NCBI GenBank assembly: GCA_010093605.1
Contig: MU004190.1
Span: 1,819,599-1,883,598, forward strand
Source of the DNA: Lophium mytilinum
Taxonomy: Eukaryota
Length of the DNA stretch: 64,000 bases
Direction: 5' to 3'
Position numbers and translations under genes: made by a program. The notes below the pieces were generated by a model. The model was not told the DNA's origin. It was given only the letters and a program-made list of their open reading frames with translations, and searched no databases. This document shows positions 1-10,056 of this stretch, piece after piece (positions within the stretch are counted from its first letter, which is position 1; the number at the start of each line of letters is the position of its first letter).

Positions 1-2458
1 TCAGATAAGGTCACAGTGTAACCATTGCCGTATTGACTTTTGAGAGCTGCTGTCGATCCGGCGGCCTTCAACGCTCCTTTGAAGATGATGGCCACATCGT
101 CGGCAAGATAGTCGGCTTCATCCAGGAAGTGAGTGGTCATGATGATCTAACTGTGATATTAGTGAGCTGCGACAGCACTCGATCGTGTATAACTTACAGT
201 TCGTCTTCCGCGTTCGGCAAGCAGAATATCCCAAATCTTCCTGCGGGAGATAGGATCTAGTCCGGTGCTGACTTCATCCACACAGCAGACTGCACTGCCA
301 CCTGCGAACATCATGGCGAGCTGAAGCTTCCGCTTTTGTCCTCCAGACAGTGTCTTCGATTTAGCATCCCGCTTGTTATCAAGATCACATGCTTTGATCA
401 AAGCGTCGGTCTCTGTGTCGAGGTGGTACGTGCCGAGGGATTTGAGGGAAATGAAGGTCCGAATATGCTCTTTGACAGTCAACTCGCCCCTTACATCAGT
501 TAGCATACGTCCTCCTTTTGTGCTTGACGATAAATAAAATCAAATTGAGCTCACCAAATCACATTCGCCTGGGGCGCAAAGCCCAGCCCCCCAGCAGGAT
601 CGATGGAGATGGAGCCCCCGGTCGTCGTGATGGTTCCGGCGATAGCATTTAGAGTAGTCGATTTACCACTGCCATTAGGGCCCAGGAGTGCGAGAATCTG
701 ACCATCGTATGCCTTGAGATCCAAATCCTTGACGGCATGCACGGTCTTCCTGCCTTTGAATAGGCTGCTCCATCCAAATGGCTTATACCTAAGAGATTAC
801 GTTAGCAATCAGTTCGTTCTGGGAAGACCAAAGTGGCCAGCTTACGTTTTGCTGAAGTTCTTCAAGTCAACAGTTGCAGCTCTCGCGTCGGTCGGCGTGG
901 CAAACCTGCGGCCTTTGGATGCTGTACCAAAAAGCAATACCTCTATGCCGAATGCCAACACTGGATAGAGGAAGATCTGTATAACCAGAAAAACCCACGA
1001 GAGATAGCCCTTGATGCGCCAAGCATCTTCCGGTGCCACTCCTGTCAGGCTCATCTTCATATTGTTGAGCTCAAATCTTGCACATGTCGTAATGTAGTAC
1101 GTGTAGTTCGACGTTGGGAATAGCAAACTAAGCGCTAGAGTAAGAGATCGGGTCTGCTTATAGAGTACCTGGGGCAAGATCGCCAGAACAACCGCGATGA
1201 CAGTCATGATGGATCCACTCAGTTGCGCTTTTCGAAAGAACACCGAGCCGAGGAGAGAGAAGGATATGAGAGCGAGGCCGGCGAGGAGGTGATAAACAAT
1301 GGAGATGGCAGCGGACGAGCGGGTGAAGACAACGGTGGCAATGACGATGCCGACTGCGAACCAGCTCGGCAAGTATATAGCTGTAAAGGAGATGTAGGTT
1401 GAGGCGAATCGAACGAAGCGAGCGCGCGACGAAGAGCCACCCGGGATCATAGAGTCGATGAGCTGAGATACACCCATTTCACGTTCGACAGCAACGAATC
1501 CGGTCAAGTGGTAGACGATGCCTACCAACGCGAAAGAGAAGATTGCCCCGAAGATGTCAACACAGAATTGGAGGTACTGCGTCTTCGTCTTGTTGAGTCG
1601 ATCTCTGTCTGTGTCATCCGTATAGAGTATGCTTTCAACCTTTGGAGGCAGCGAGCTTTTTCCAGAGATGGATAAGATTTGATTATCGATAGCGTTCTGC
1701 AATGGAAGCATGTACGTCTGGGCGTTGTATCTGCCACTATTGACATCGGTCAGACCCAAATTGGGGTCGGAACGAATGGTGTAATTCCAAATACTGGTGG
1801 ATGACGGTTCGGAGGAGCTTGACCAGAAGGCGATGCCGGCAAAGCAAGGAGATATGCCTTGCGCCTGAGCAGCACACTCGGACGACAAAGCCACGTAATC
1901 GGCAAACATGCGAGGGGTCTTTCCGGCTTTTCGAATCGTGTCGGAGAGAGAGGAGATAACCTTGGACACGTTGCCGTTCTTGAAGCCGCTGTCAAAAAAT
2001 CCGACGATTGGTCGGTCATTGTCAGTATGTAATGCGTCCTCTAAGGATGGAATCTGTGTAGAGTGCATTAGAACACGTTCAGTTCGAGGAGTTAATACAT
2101 TGCCAGCCGCTTGAAAGGAGTTTGGATCTTGGACGTGGTTCCAAAGATCGAAAAGCACGCATCAACGCGAAATCTAGTTCTTCAAATCGCGCATTGTACC
2201 CTATTTCTTCTCGAAACGGCCGAAGTACTTCGTACAATGACAGATATTGATACTTGAAGAAAAGAGGGCACGCACAGTAAGCTGTGGCCCAACTCCATGA
2301 TGTTCGTCGGAAGAGAAGAAGTCCTGGGAGTACCCAACAAGCAGGACAATGAGCAAGGGTACAAGAAAAGCCCGAATGAATGTCGATATCGGTCTTCGTA
2401 ACACAGCAATGACGAGATTCTTCTTCGTGAGAGCCCACACTTGCCTAGGGAGCAGCAT
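1..2458 (-). CDS. ABCA-subfamily ABC transporter (multi-exon; 3' part runs off the window edge)
   Basis: N-terminus MLLPRQVWALTKKNLVIAVLRRP is typical of fungal ABCA proteins. A multi-TM domain lies in ORF 842..2158. NBD motifs are Walker A GPNGSGKST (551..742), signature LSGGQKRKL and Walker B VCCVDE (159..506). The pieces are separated by short introns. Confidence 0.93.
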
Positions 2459-3170
2459 CTTCGGGATTAGCGCAAAGCGAACGATATGAGCCAAACGAGG
2501 GAAGTGTGAGAAGCAATGAGGCGAGGGATATGTGGATAAATATCAATCTACTGCTTCAGACCGCAGGAAGATCTTCGCGAAGATACAAGACCATTGCATT
2601 GATCCTCCTCGCATCGACATGTCTAAGTTTGACTGCAGCACCTAGCAGCACCCAAGGAGATTCAGCCTTGCCAAGTGCGACGAGGCTTCGCGCTTGGGAC
2701 GATTCGAGATTGAGCGGCTGCTTGAAACAATATCGTAAGAACAAGCTTTCCAACGACCAATAGATTGCGATTATCACCCGTATAAGCCGCGTACGCATTG
2801 ATGCCAAAGAAGCCGTGGCCGCAAGTGCAGCAAATAGGAGAGATCGCTGTCAAAAAACGCCCTGAAGGATGGGGCTGTGCTGGGCACGGCTAACCTTACT
2901 CGTGAAAAACGCCCAGCGGACACAAATAGGGTTCGGCACGCCTTCAAGCTAGCTACACTCGTACTCCATGTGCTCGTTAACTCGATTGGGCAGACGATAA
3001 CTTTGTCCGTTTAGAGAGGCATGGGATAAAACGAGGCTCATTTAACGTTAACGGCAACCCTCTGACTCTAGAGAAATGGTCTATGAAGGATTAGATACAT
3101 ACATGTCAACGAATTGAAATCTCAAAATGCTTGTAATAATGATGTGCAACCTCTTCGACGCGAGTTCGCT

Positions 3171-4258
3171 CTATAATTTGGTTTTCGCGGTCCCAAATGA
3201 AGCCAAATAAAACGACCACTTGACTCCTAGCAGATTTACCCAGCCATTCTCAAGGAGCCCCTCTTTGCTAGCTCGGTCGAGAATTCCTTGAAGCGTATCT
3301 TGACCTGTAACACCAATAGAAATAGACACTATCCCCTCTGGCTTTCCCTCTTCGCCGCGCATGAAACCTAGCCGGGCGTTCGTGAAGGCCAACAGGTCGC
3401 GGCTTCGGGCAACGCCAAACATATCCTCCCATTGTCTCGGCGCCTCTTCGTGACGGACGTCTCCGGGCGCCAGACGGCAGACCAGCCCGCCCAGCTGTAT
3501 GTGTGTATTCCGCTTCATGATGGCTGAATAGGCTTTGTAATCTGTTCCGCAGGCGTGCCAGGGCGAGAAGGGTGAGGTCAATGGCTTCGGGTTGTCTTTC
3601 GAAGGGCGATGGGAATCGAGTTCGGGTATTATGCCGCCTAGGTCATGTCAGTGGAAAGTTGAGAGAAACGGCAAAGAGAACCTACCCTTCATGCCACTTG
3701 GGTGATATTGAACGCTAACGACATCGTCATGCTCGTCGTTGAGTATCACCTTCCCAAGGCCATTCGACGTGATATATTCTCGCCTGGCTGCTGCGTCCTC
3801 ACTCTGCATTATGATCATGTACCCGCCCTCGCCTCGTTTCTTGAGTAATCGCCCTGCGGTCGTGCTCGCTCTCAATGTCGTGGTTGGCGCAACGACCTGC
3901 TTTCGTTAGATTTCTCTCGGAAATTTGAAGCTTGAACTGGAGCGCCTTACCTCGATGATATCCCCTCCAACGGCAACTATACATTCCAAGTCAGCGAATG
4001 GCACCAGCAAAAAGATGCACAGAGCTCCATACCTAAAAAATTCGCCACCCCAAAAGCGCCAACCCTCGGATCTTCGTAGACGATTTCAGTCCCCAGGATA
4101 GTAGTCTGCCGTCATCATCAGCATCCGTCAGTTGGTTCCTTTCCAGTCTTCCCTACCAGCAGCCTCTTCGCCTTCGCCAGGTCATCCGTCACGAATGCGA
4201 CCTGCCGTAGCCTCGTCGGCACGATGCCGCCTGCAGATTTGGGACCAGCTGAAGCCAT
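3171..4258 (-). CDS. Glyoxalase-like (VOC fold) protein, 5 exons
   Basis: Spliced by eye: MASAGPKSAGGIVPTRLRQVAFVTDDLAKAKRLL / TTILGTEIVYEDPRVGAFGVANFL / VAVGGDIIE / VVAP..TTAGRLLKKRGEGGYMIIMQ..QYHPSGMK / GGIIPELD...KTKL*. Introns have GT donors, CTRAC-type branch points and YAG acceptors. The RLRQVA and GGYM motifs match Glyoxalase_3-like proteins. Confidence 0.82.
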
Positions 4259-5133
4259 ATCAAACGATCGCGAAATCAATTCTTTCCAGCGCGGTAATTC
4301 GGGAGACGCGTTCTACATTTTGTAGCTGCAGCGGCTTACTCGTAGGGCTGGGCTCAAGGTCCTCGGCCTGTCGGATTCCCCGCATGCTGGCGATGGTCGG
4401 CATTTCACGGTCGTTTCCCAGGGCGATAGGGGTGCGCAGCCGTGGCTGTCGCGAGACCTCACGTGTTGGAGGCGGTCTCAAGCGACAGTTCAATGGGAGG
4501 ACAAGGCGGAGGGTGTCAGACTGTTGGATTGCAGTATCGATGGAATGGTGGAGTGCTGCGGAGGTCTCGGGGGTGAAGGGCATACGGTTAGTGGCATCTG
4601 ATCATGAACGAGAATGTCCTGCCCCTACCTCATTTGTAAGCCATGCTGCGATCTCGGATTTCGGACGAGAATGCTACGTCTTCCGCCGAGGGGGCCTACA
4701 ATTTGCGCCAATCTCGCGTCCTTCAGCATTCGCCTGTAGTGGCATAAGGCCGCACCCTCCTGCTGGGTTTTCAACGTCGCGGGTGGTATCTGAAGAGATC
4801 CTAGGCCCAGCCTCCTCGTACAACTCGTACAACCACTTCAGTTTAATCATCGAGTCTATCTCCAGTCATCATGGCAAGGTTGTGGAGACTGTTGAGGGTA
4901 GCGTTGGTTTCACAATCCACTGTAGATATGAATCCGAGGAAGCCCCATGCCTCGTTCCCAATAGGCCGATACGCCCGTGCCTAATGTAAGCAGCGGTGTA
5001 ACACACTTATCACTTCTTATATCGCATCGTCACCCACGTCTTCCTTGTATCAATCGTTGATGTTTCTCTCCCTTCTTCTCTCCTTTCGCCCATCTCCCCC
5101 AACTCAATCACACTCTCCAAGATCGCCGCAACG

Positions 5134-5580
5134 ATGTCCACAGCTACCCACTCAACTCAAACGGGCTCCTGTCAGTGCGGCGCCGTCTCGTACAACCTCA
5201 CCGGCACCCCCCTCAGCTCTTTTCTCTGCCATTGCACCAACTGCCGCAAATTCACTGGGTCCACATACCAAGCCAACGCGATGTATGCCGGACGCGACTC
5301 TCTCGTCGTCACCAAAGGCAAAGACAATCTCTCCGTCTGCGCGTACAACAACACTACCTCCGGCAACACCATTCGGCGACATTTCTGCAAAACTTGCGGA
5401 TCCCCGCTCTTCATCTATCCAGACGCGAATGCGGGTATCGTGGTTGTGATGTCGGGAGGGCTGGATGATCCTGCGGCATTCGCGCCGACGAGGGAGTGTT
5501 TTGTGAAGGATAGGTTGGCGTGGGTGACGCCAATTGAGGCGGCGCAGTTTGAGACGGTGCAATCGCTACCGAGGAAGTAG
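5134..5580 (+). CDS. GFA / CENP-V (Mss4-like) zinc protein
   Basis: GSCQCGAV...CHCTNCRK...RHFCKTCGSPLF is the classic GFA/DUF636 cysteine pattern. Single exon, 148 aa. Confidence 0.93.
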   Translation: MSTATHSTQTGSCQCGAVSYNLTGTPLSSFLCHCTNCRKFTGSTYQANAMYAGRDSLVVTKGKDNLSVCAYNNTTSGNTIRRHFCKTCGSPLFIYPDANAGIVVVMSGGLDDPAAFAPTRECFVKDRLAWVTPIEAAQFETVQSLPRK

Positions 5581-5689
5581 GGGAGATGGAGTGGAAATCG
5601 AAATGCGTACTTCAGAGCTGGAGGATCAGGGTTCTTTGGAGACGCTTAGGATAGTTTTGTAGCACGCTCAGCAAGCATTCTCTCCCGTG

Positions 5690-7212
5690 CACCTCGGTAC
5701 GTCAATTCGTGTCCCCCGGTGGGGTGCCGGTGCACGGGCTGTTTACACCCCCTTTCCTTCACAACAACTAAAACAATAGCTACATTCACCAAATTTTCAC
5801 CCAATTGCTTCCTAAATGGCTGATTTTGATCCTGGCACGCCTAAGCGCCCAACTAATAAGCACATTCCTTAAACAGAGACCCGGGTTCGCTATTTTAATG
5901 CTTGTAATAACCTAGAAAGGATAAGAAGCCTTAAAGAGATAGCGGGGTCCTATAGAATTACTCTAAGAACTAGCAAGAGATAGAGGGTAGAAAGGAGAGA
6001 GTTTAGGAGGCTAGTATATTATTAGATAAGAGTTATAAAGTCTACTAAGAAAGGCACTAAGCTAGGGCCTCGGTATTCCATTTCTAAGAAGGCTATTTAC
6101 TAGATTATTAATCCATCTAATTCTATAAGAAGAATACCTCTTTCTATAGTGCTAGAGTATTTTAATATTAAAACTAATACTAGAACCTTTAAGAATTTAC
6201 TTAAAAGGCACTATGCCGGGCGCTATAAATATGCTAAAACTATAGCCATTTTAAATAATAATAAGGGCTACTATTATACCTATAGAGAGATATATAAGAA
6301 TAAGCTAATAGAGGGGTACTAGAACTAGGTTCTATTTACTAATAAAGCCTATATAAATCCTTAGAGAATATAAAAGCCTATAGTTATTTAAATAGAAGAA
6401 ATACGCTTTAAACTAGAGAATTTAGTATTAGAATTAGGGGGTATTATAGAAGTTACCCTTTATATAGCCGCTTAGATTAATTAGTATACTAAGGTAGAGA
6501 GAATTATCTTTTATAATAATAAAAATAACTATCTTTCTAAGCCTAAGATGCCTAGAAAGCCCTTACGCTTAAAGTATAAGATAGAGAAAAGGTATCTTAA
6601 TACTATTAAGAACTAGAAGGCTAGAAAACCTTATAATATTAAAATAAAACTAAAAGAAAACGCTATAACCTAGAAGTACTATACTAAGAAGGTGCTTTCT
6701 TACTATACTAAGGCTATTTACGCCTTAGAGGATTCTACTTTCCTTCTAGAAAAAAAGGCTAATAGAAGATAGTATCTCTAAGAGAATAATAACCCTTTCT
6801 ATAGTATAAGAAATAATACTTCTCTTCTAGCTAAATTTAAGAGGAATAAGTATATTCTAATTTACTAGCACCCTGCGTAGTTACTAGATCTTAATCTAAT
6901 TAAAGCTATATAGCTAATTCTTAAGAAAAGAGTAAAAACTTAGGTATGTAAAGCTTATAATATTAAGAGACTTTAGAAGATAATTTAGAAGGAATAGAAA
7001 GCTATTTCTTAAGAAAGAATCTAGAATTTAATTATAGAGATGCCCTGGCGCTACTATAAGGTTATAAACTATAGTGGAAAGATGGTAAAGAGTAGAAATT
7101 AGTGAATGTATATTTAGTTGTGCTATGAAATGCCTGTGCAGGCGTTGTTTTAGTGTTGTTGGCACCCCCCGGCACCCCACGCCCGGGGGACACGAATTGA
7201 CGTACCGAGGTG
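5690..7212 (+). mobile_element. RIP-inactivated IS630/Tc1/mariner-superfamily DNA transposon with terminal inverted repeats
   Basis: Perfect inverted repeat GCACCTCGGTACGTCAATTCGTGTCCCCCGG (5689-5719 vs 7183-7213), extending imperfectly inwards. The interior is AT/TpA-rich. CCGTG direct repeats lie at 5685-5689 and 7213-7217. Confidence 0.93.
5816..7105 (+). pseudogene. DDE transposase (Tc1-like, DD38E) destroyed by RIP
   Basis: One frame runs from ATG 5816 to TGA 7103-7105 with many TAA/TAG stops. Reversing C>T/G>A changes restores WDQVLFTDEAH (D at 6341), LQEDNDPSHG (D at 6785) and HPAQSPDLNPIE (E at 6902). Confidence 0.9.
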
Positions 7213-7565
7213 CCGTGCGATCGTGCGTACACCTGTCTGCCACTGTTTGAGGTGCCCCGCAGGGTTATAAAAATCTAAGGGCGATGTTGAGTTTCGAGTG
7301 GCTTGAATTAGGCTACCTCTTGACTGAAAATTTCCTCATGAACCAGGCTACCCCTTACAGTGGCATCCAATGCGCAGCATTGTAGCTACGCAGCAGTAAA
7401 TCTAGGTGCCCAGCGATATGGTCTACTTTTGTCATCCTTAGTAGGCTTAGCGTGCCTCACGCGCACAGACCCACACTAAGCCCTTATAGCCTCGCGTCAC
7501 CTCCACGCCGCCTTCAAAACAACACACAACACGAGACAAGCTATCAATTCCATCAACAGCCTACA

Positions 7566-8858
7566 ATGGATGAGAAAACCGCTACTAATGGCCTCGGCGT
7601 CACTAACCGCAAGCGCAAGTTTTCAGAAGACGACGATGGCTCGTTCGGGTTGGTCACGGATAGCTCCGTCTTTAACAGCAAAGAGCGGGCCCTCAAGGTC
7701 ACGAAGTTCGCCAAGATCGCCGACATCGATCGCGTGCGTGCGAAGAAGTACCTCCGCGTCAACAGAAACGACCTTGACCTCGCCATAAACCACTACTTCG
7801 ACGATCCTGAACTGTTCAAGCCCATGGACCCTATTACCATCGTTTTGCGAGGCTCTGACAAGTTCACGCTGCCTCACGACCTCTTCATCTCGGCGTTGGA
7901 CAGGTTTGACTCCCTCGTCGAAGCAGGCGAGATCCTCTACAGCCCATCCGATCCGGAACGAACCAAATACGATGGCTTTGAAGTAAATGTATCCCCGCCC
8001 ACTTTATCTCTAATCAGTGTTTACCACCAATCGCTCCACAGTTCGAGTTCCGCATCGTGCCGGCAATGGGCTCGAAACCGCTGCTCGCCGCCAACGACCC
8101 CGGTCGCTCCCATCCTCAAGGCCCATTCGTCAACCCCGATCCCGCTTTCGTCCTGGCCAACGTTGGCACAGCTCACGTCTTGGAACTCAACAAGTTCTGT
8201 GTCTTTCGGCCCATGCTCATCCTGCATACCGCTCAATACTCCGAGCAGGAAGACGACCTGGACGCTTCGGACTTGACGGCGGCATGGCTAACCCTCCAGA
8301 CCATCAAAGAGCCGCAAATTGTCCTCTACAACTGCGGTGTCGACTCCGGCTCATCGCAAGGCCATAAGCACCTCCAGTTCTGGCCGCATCCGGATCTAGA
8401 TAACCCGTTCTACCTGCCTCCAGACGGCAAAGATCTTCCGTCAGGCAAGCGATTTGCCCATTTGCCAATAATCCATATGCTGACAATCTTCAATAGATGC
8501 CCCGACTATGCTTCCAGAGTTGCCGTACCAGCATTGGGTTGTCGGCATCCCTCCAAAAGCCACGGCGGTTGGCCTCATCGAGTCCTACTTTGTGCTGCTC
8601 AAGAAGGCGAGAGAGGCGTTGGGAAAAGAAGATGGAGAGGCTGCAGCCTACAATCTGCTCTTCACTCGAGTCTGGATGATCATTATCCCCCGGACCCAGA
8701 AGGGCTACGAAGGTCTTAATGCCAATGGCGCGGGTATGCTTGGATCGGTGTGGGTAAAGGATAAGAAGGAGCGTGAGGAGTGGACCAAGCATGGTATGAC
8801 GGAGCATCTGACGCGCTTGGGGCTTCCCGTCGCGAATGAGCTTCCAGTTGAGAAGTGA
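7566..8858 (+). CDS. APA2: Ap4A phosphorylase / ATP adenylyltransferase with N-terminal UBA-like domain; 3 exons
   Basis: Motifs LNKFCVFRPMLIL, YNCGVDSGSSQGHKHLQ (HxHxQ) and YNLLFTRVWMIIIPR..NGAGMLGSVWV. Introns are ~7983-8041 (GT-AG) and 8445-8496 (GC-AG). The N-terminal segment VTKFAKIADIDRVRAKKYLRVNRNDLDLAINHYFD resembles UBA_4-type domains. Confidence 0.88.
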
Positions 8859-9029
8859 TGTGGTTCTACCGGGGCTGCGGAAGTGGTTGGAGTGGTTTCT
8901 TGGCATAAGATACCCGGTTCTAGCTACGGTACGAGTAATTAGATGCTGTCTGGATTGTGCATCATGTCTGCGCACTAACCAGACTTTCTGAATGCCTCTT
9001 CACCATGGTTTGTGATGATGTTTCCTACT

Positions 9030-9852
9030 TGTCAATCTCAGTTGGAACTTCAAAGTGCACGACGTGCTGCCGCCGTCTGAAGCACCCTGGCATACTTTCA
9101 GAAATCATTATAAGAGAATTCTTCGGTGATTTGAAAGATTGGAAAAACAATTGGGGCACCTCATACGGTATCATGTAGGTGTACGCGTACAAGAAAGAGC
9201 CCAGTACAATGTCGCTGTCTGAAGTCCCTCGGCATATTGTTGGAAGCCGGAAAGAGAAGTATTTTCAGTGTTTTAAAATATGGTTAGGGTACTTCAGACG
9301 GTGTCGAACAGTGGCAGATAGATGAGATGTAAGTCAATTTCAATCAGGGAGTTCAAAAGGCACATCCTGCTGTCGCTGTCTGAAGCCTCCTGGCATACTT
9401 TCGGAAACCGGAAAGAGATACGTCCTCGGGGTTTTCCATAATAGTCAGGGCACCTCAGACGGTATCAAACAGCAGCAGAAACGTGACGAATTGAGTTAAC
9501 CTCAGTCAGGAACTTAAAGGCGTACACTTGGGCAGTGTGCTGCCGCCGATTGAAGCGCCCTAACATACTTTCAGAACCCGGAAAGAGATATATCTTTGAT
9601 GTTTTCAGACTGGTCAGGGTACTTCAGACGGTATCACCCATGAGTGGACAACTACAAAACTGAGTCGAGCTTAGATAGGGCCTTCAAAGTGTAAACCTAG
9701 GCAGCGTACTGCTACGGTCTGAAGCACCCTGACATGCTTTCGGAGACCAGGATGAGGTGCGTTTCCAAGGTTTTGAAACATCGGGAAACTGGCCAGGGCA
9801 CCTCAGACGGTATCAAACAGCAGTAGAAAACTGATAAGTGAGTCATTTTCAA
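9030..9852. repeat. Degenerate tandem array of five ~140-170 bp units, each with an internal inverted repeat
   Basis: Left arms near GCCGTCTGAAGCACCCTG at ~9072, 9214, 9375, 9545, 9715. Right arms near CAGGGYACYTCAGACGGTA at ~9153, 9285, 9446, 9615, 9794. The loop motif CATACTTTCRGAAACCGGAAAGAG and the linker motif GTCAAYYTCA..GGAACTTCAAAG are also shared. Confidence 0.9.
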
Positions 9853-10056
9853 CTATTTTAATTGTCCCACGTCGTACCGCTAACCACACGTTTCGTGCCA
9901 GGAACCCAGAACAACCGCCAGAAGGCACTATTACCCTCAAAAGCACAATTAGTCGCACCTCAAGAACCGCCAAAGCTGCCATAAACCACTACCCATCCTC
10001 CTCAATATCTTACAAGTCTGCCAAAACAACCCCATTACGTCCTTCAATGGTTAGAC

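Noticed and set aside
4132..4989. 285-aa plus-strand ORF and 107-aa minus-strand ORF in the glyoxalase/GFA intergenic region
   Set aside because: The long ORF has a non-ATG start and overlaps exon 1 of the glyoxalase-like gene. Neither has a recognisable motif, so they are probably chance ORFs.
5690..7212. Calling the element a Transib/RAG-like transposon because of the CAC ends and 5-bp duplication
   Set aside because: The reconstructed protein motifs (FTDE, QEDNDPSH, SPDLNPIE) are IS630/Tc1-type, not Transib.
9072..9081. GCCGTCTGAA in the array equals the Neisseria DNA uptake sequence, with near-matches TTCAGACGGT
   Set aside because: The context is intron-containing fungal DNA with only one exact match. 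The motif is part of a longer local repeat, so this is treated as coincidence.
9030..9852. CRISPR-like interpretation of the array
   Set aside because: The intervening sequences are homologous to each other rather than unique spacers, the repeats are degenerate, there are no cas genes and the host is eukaryotic.
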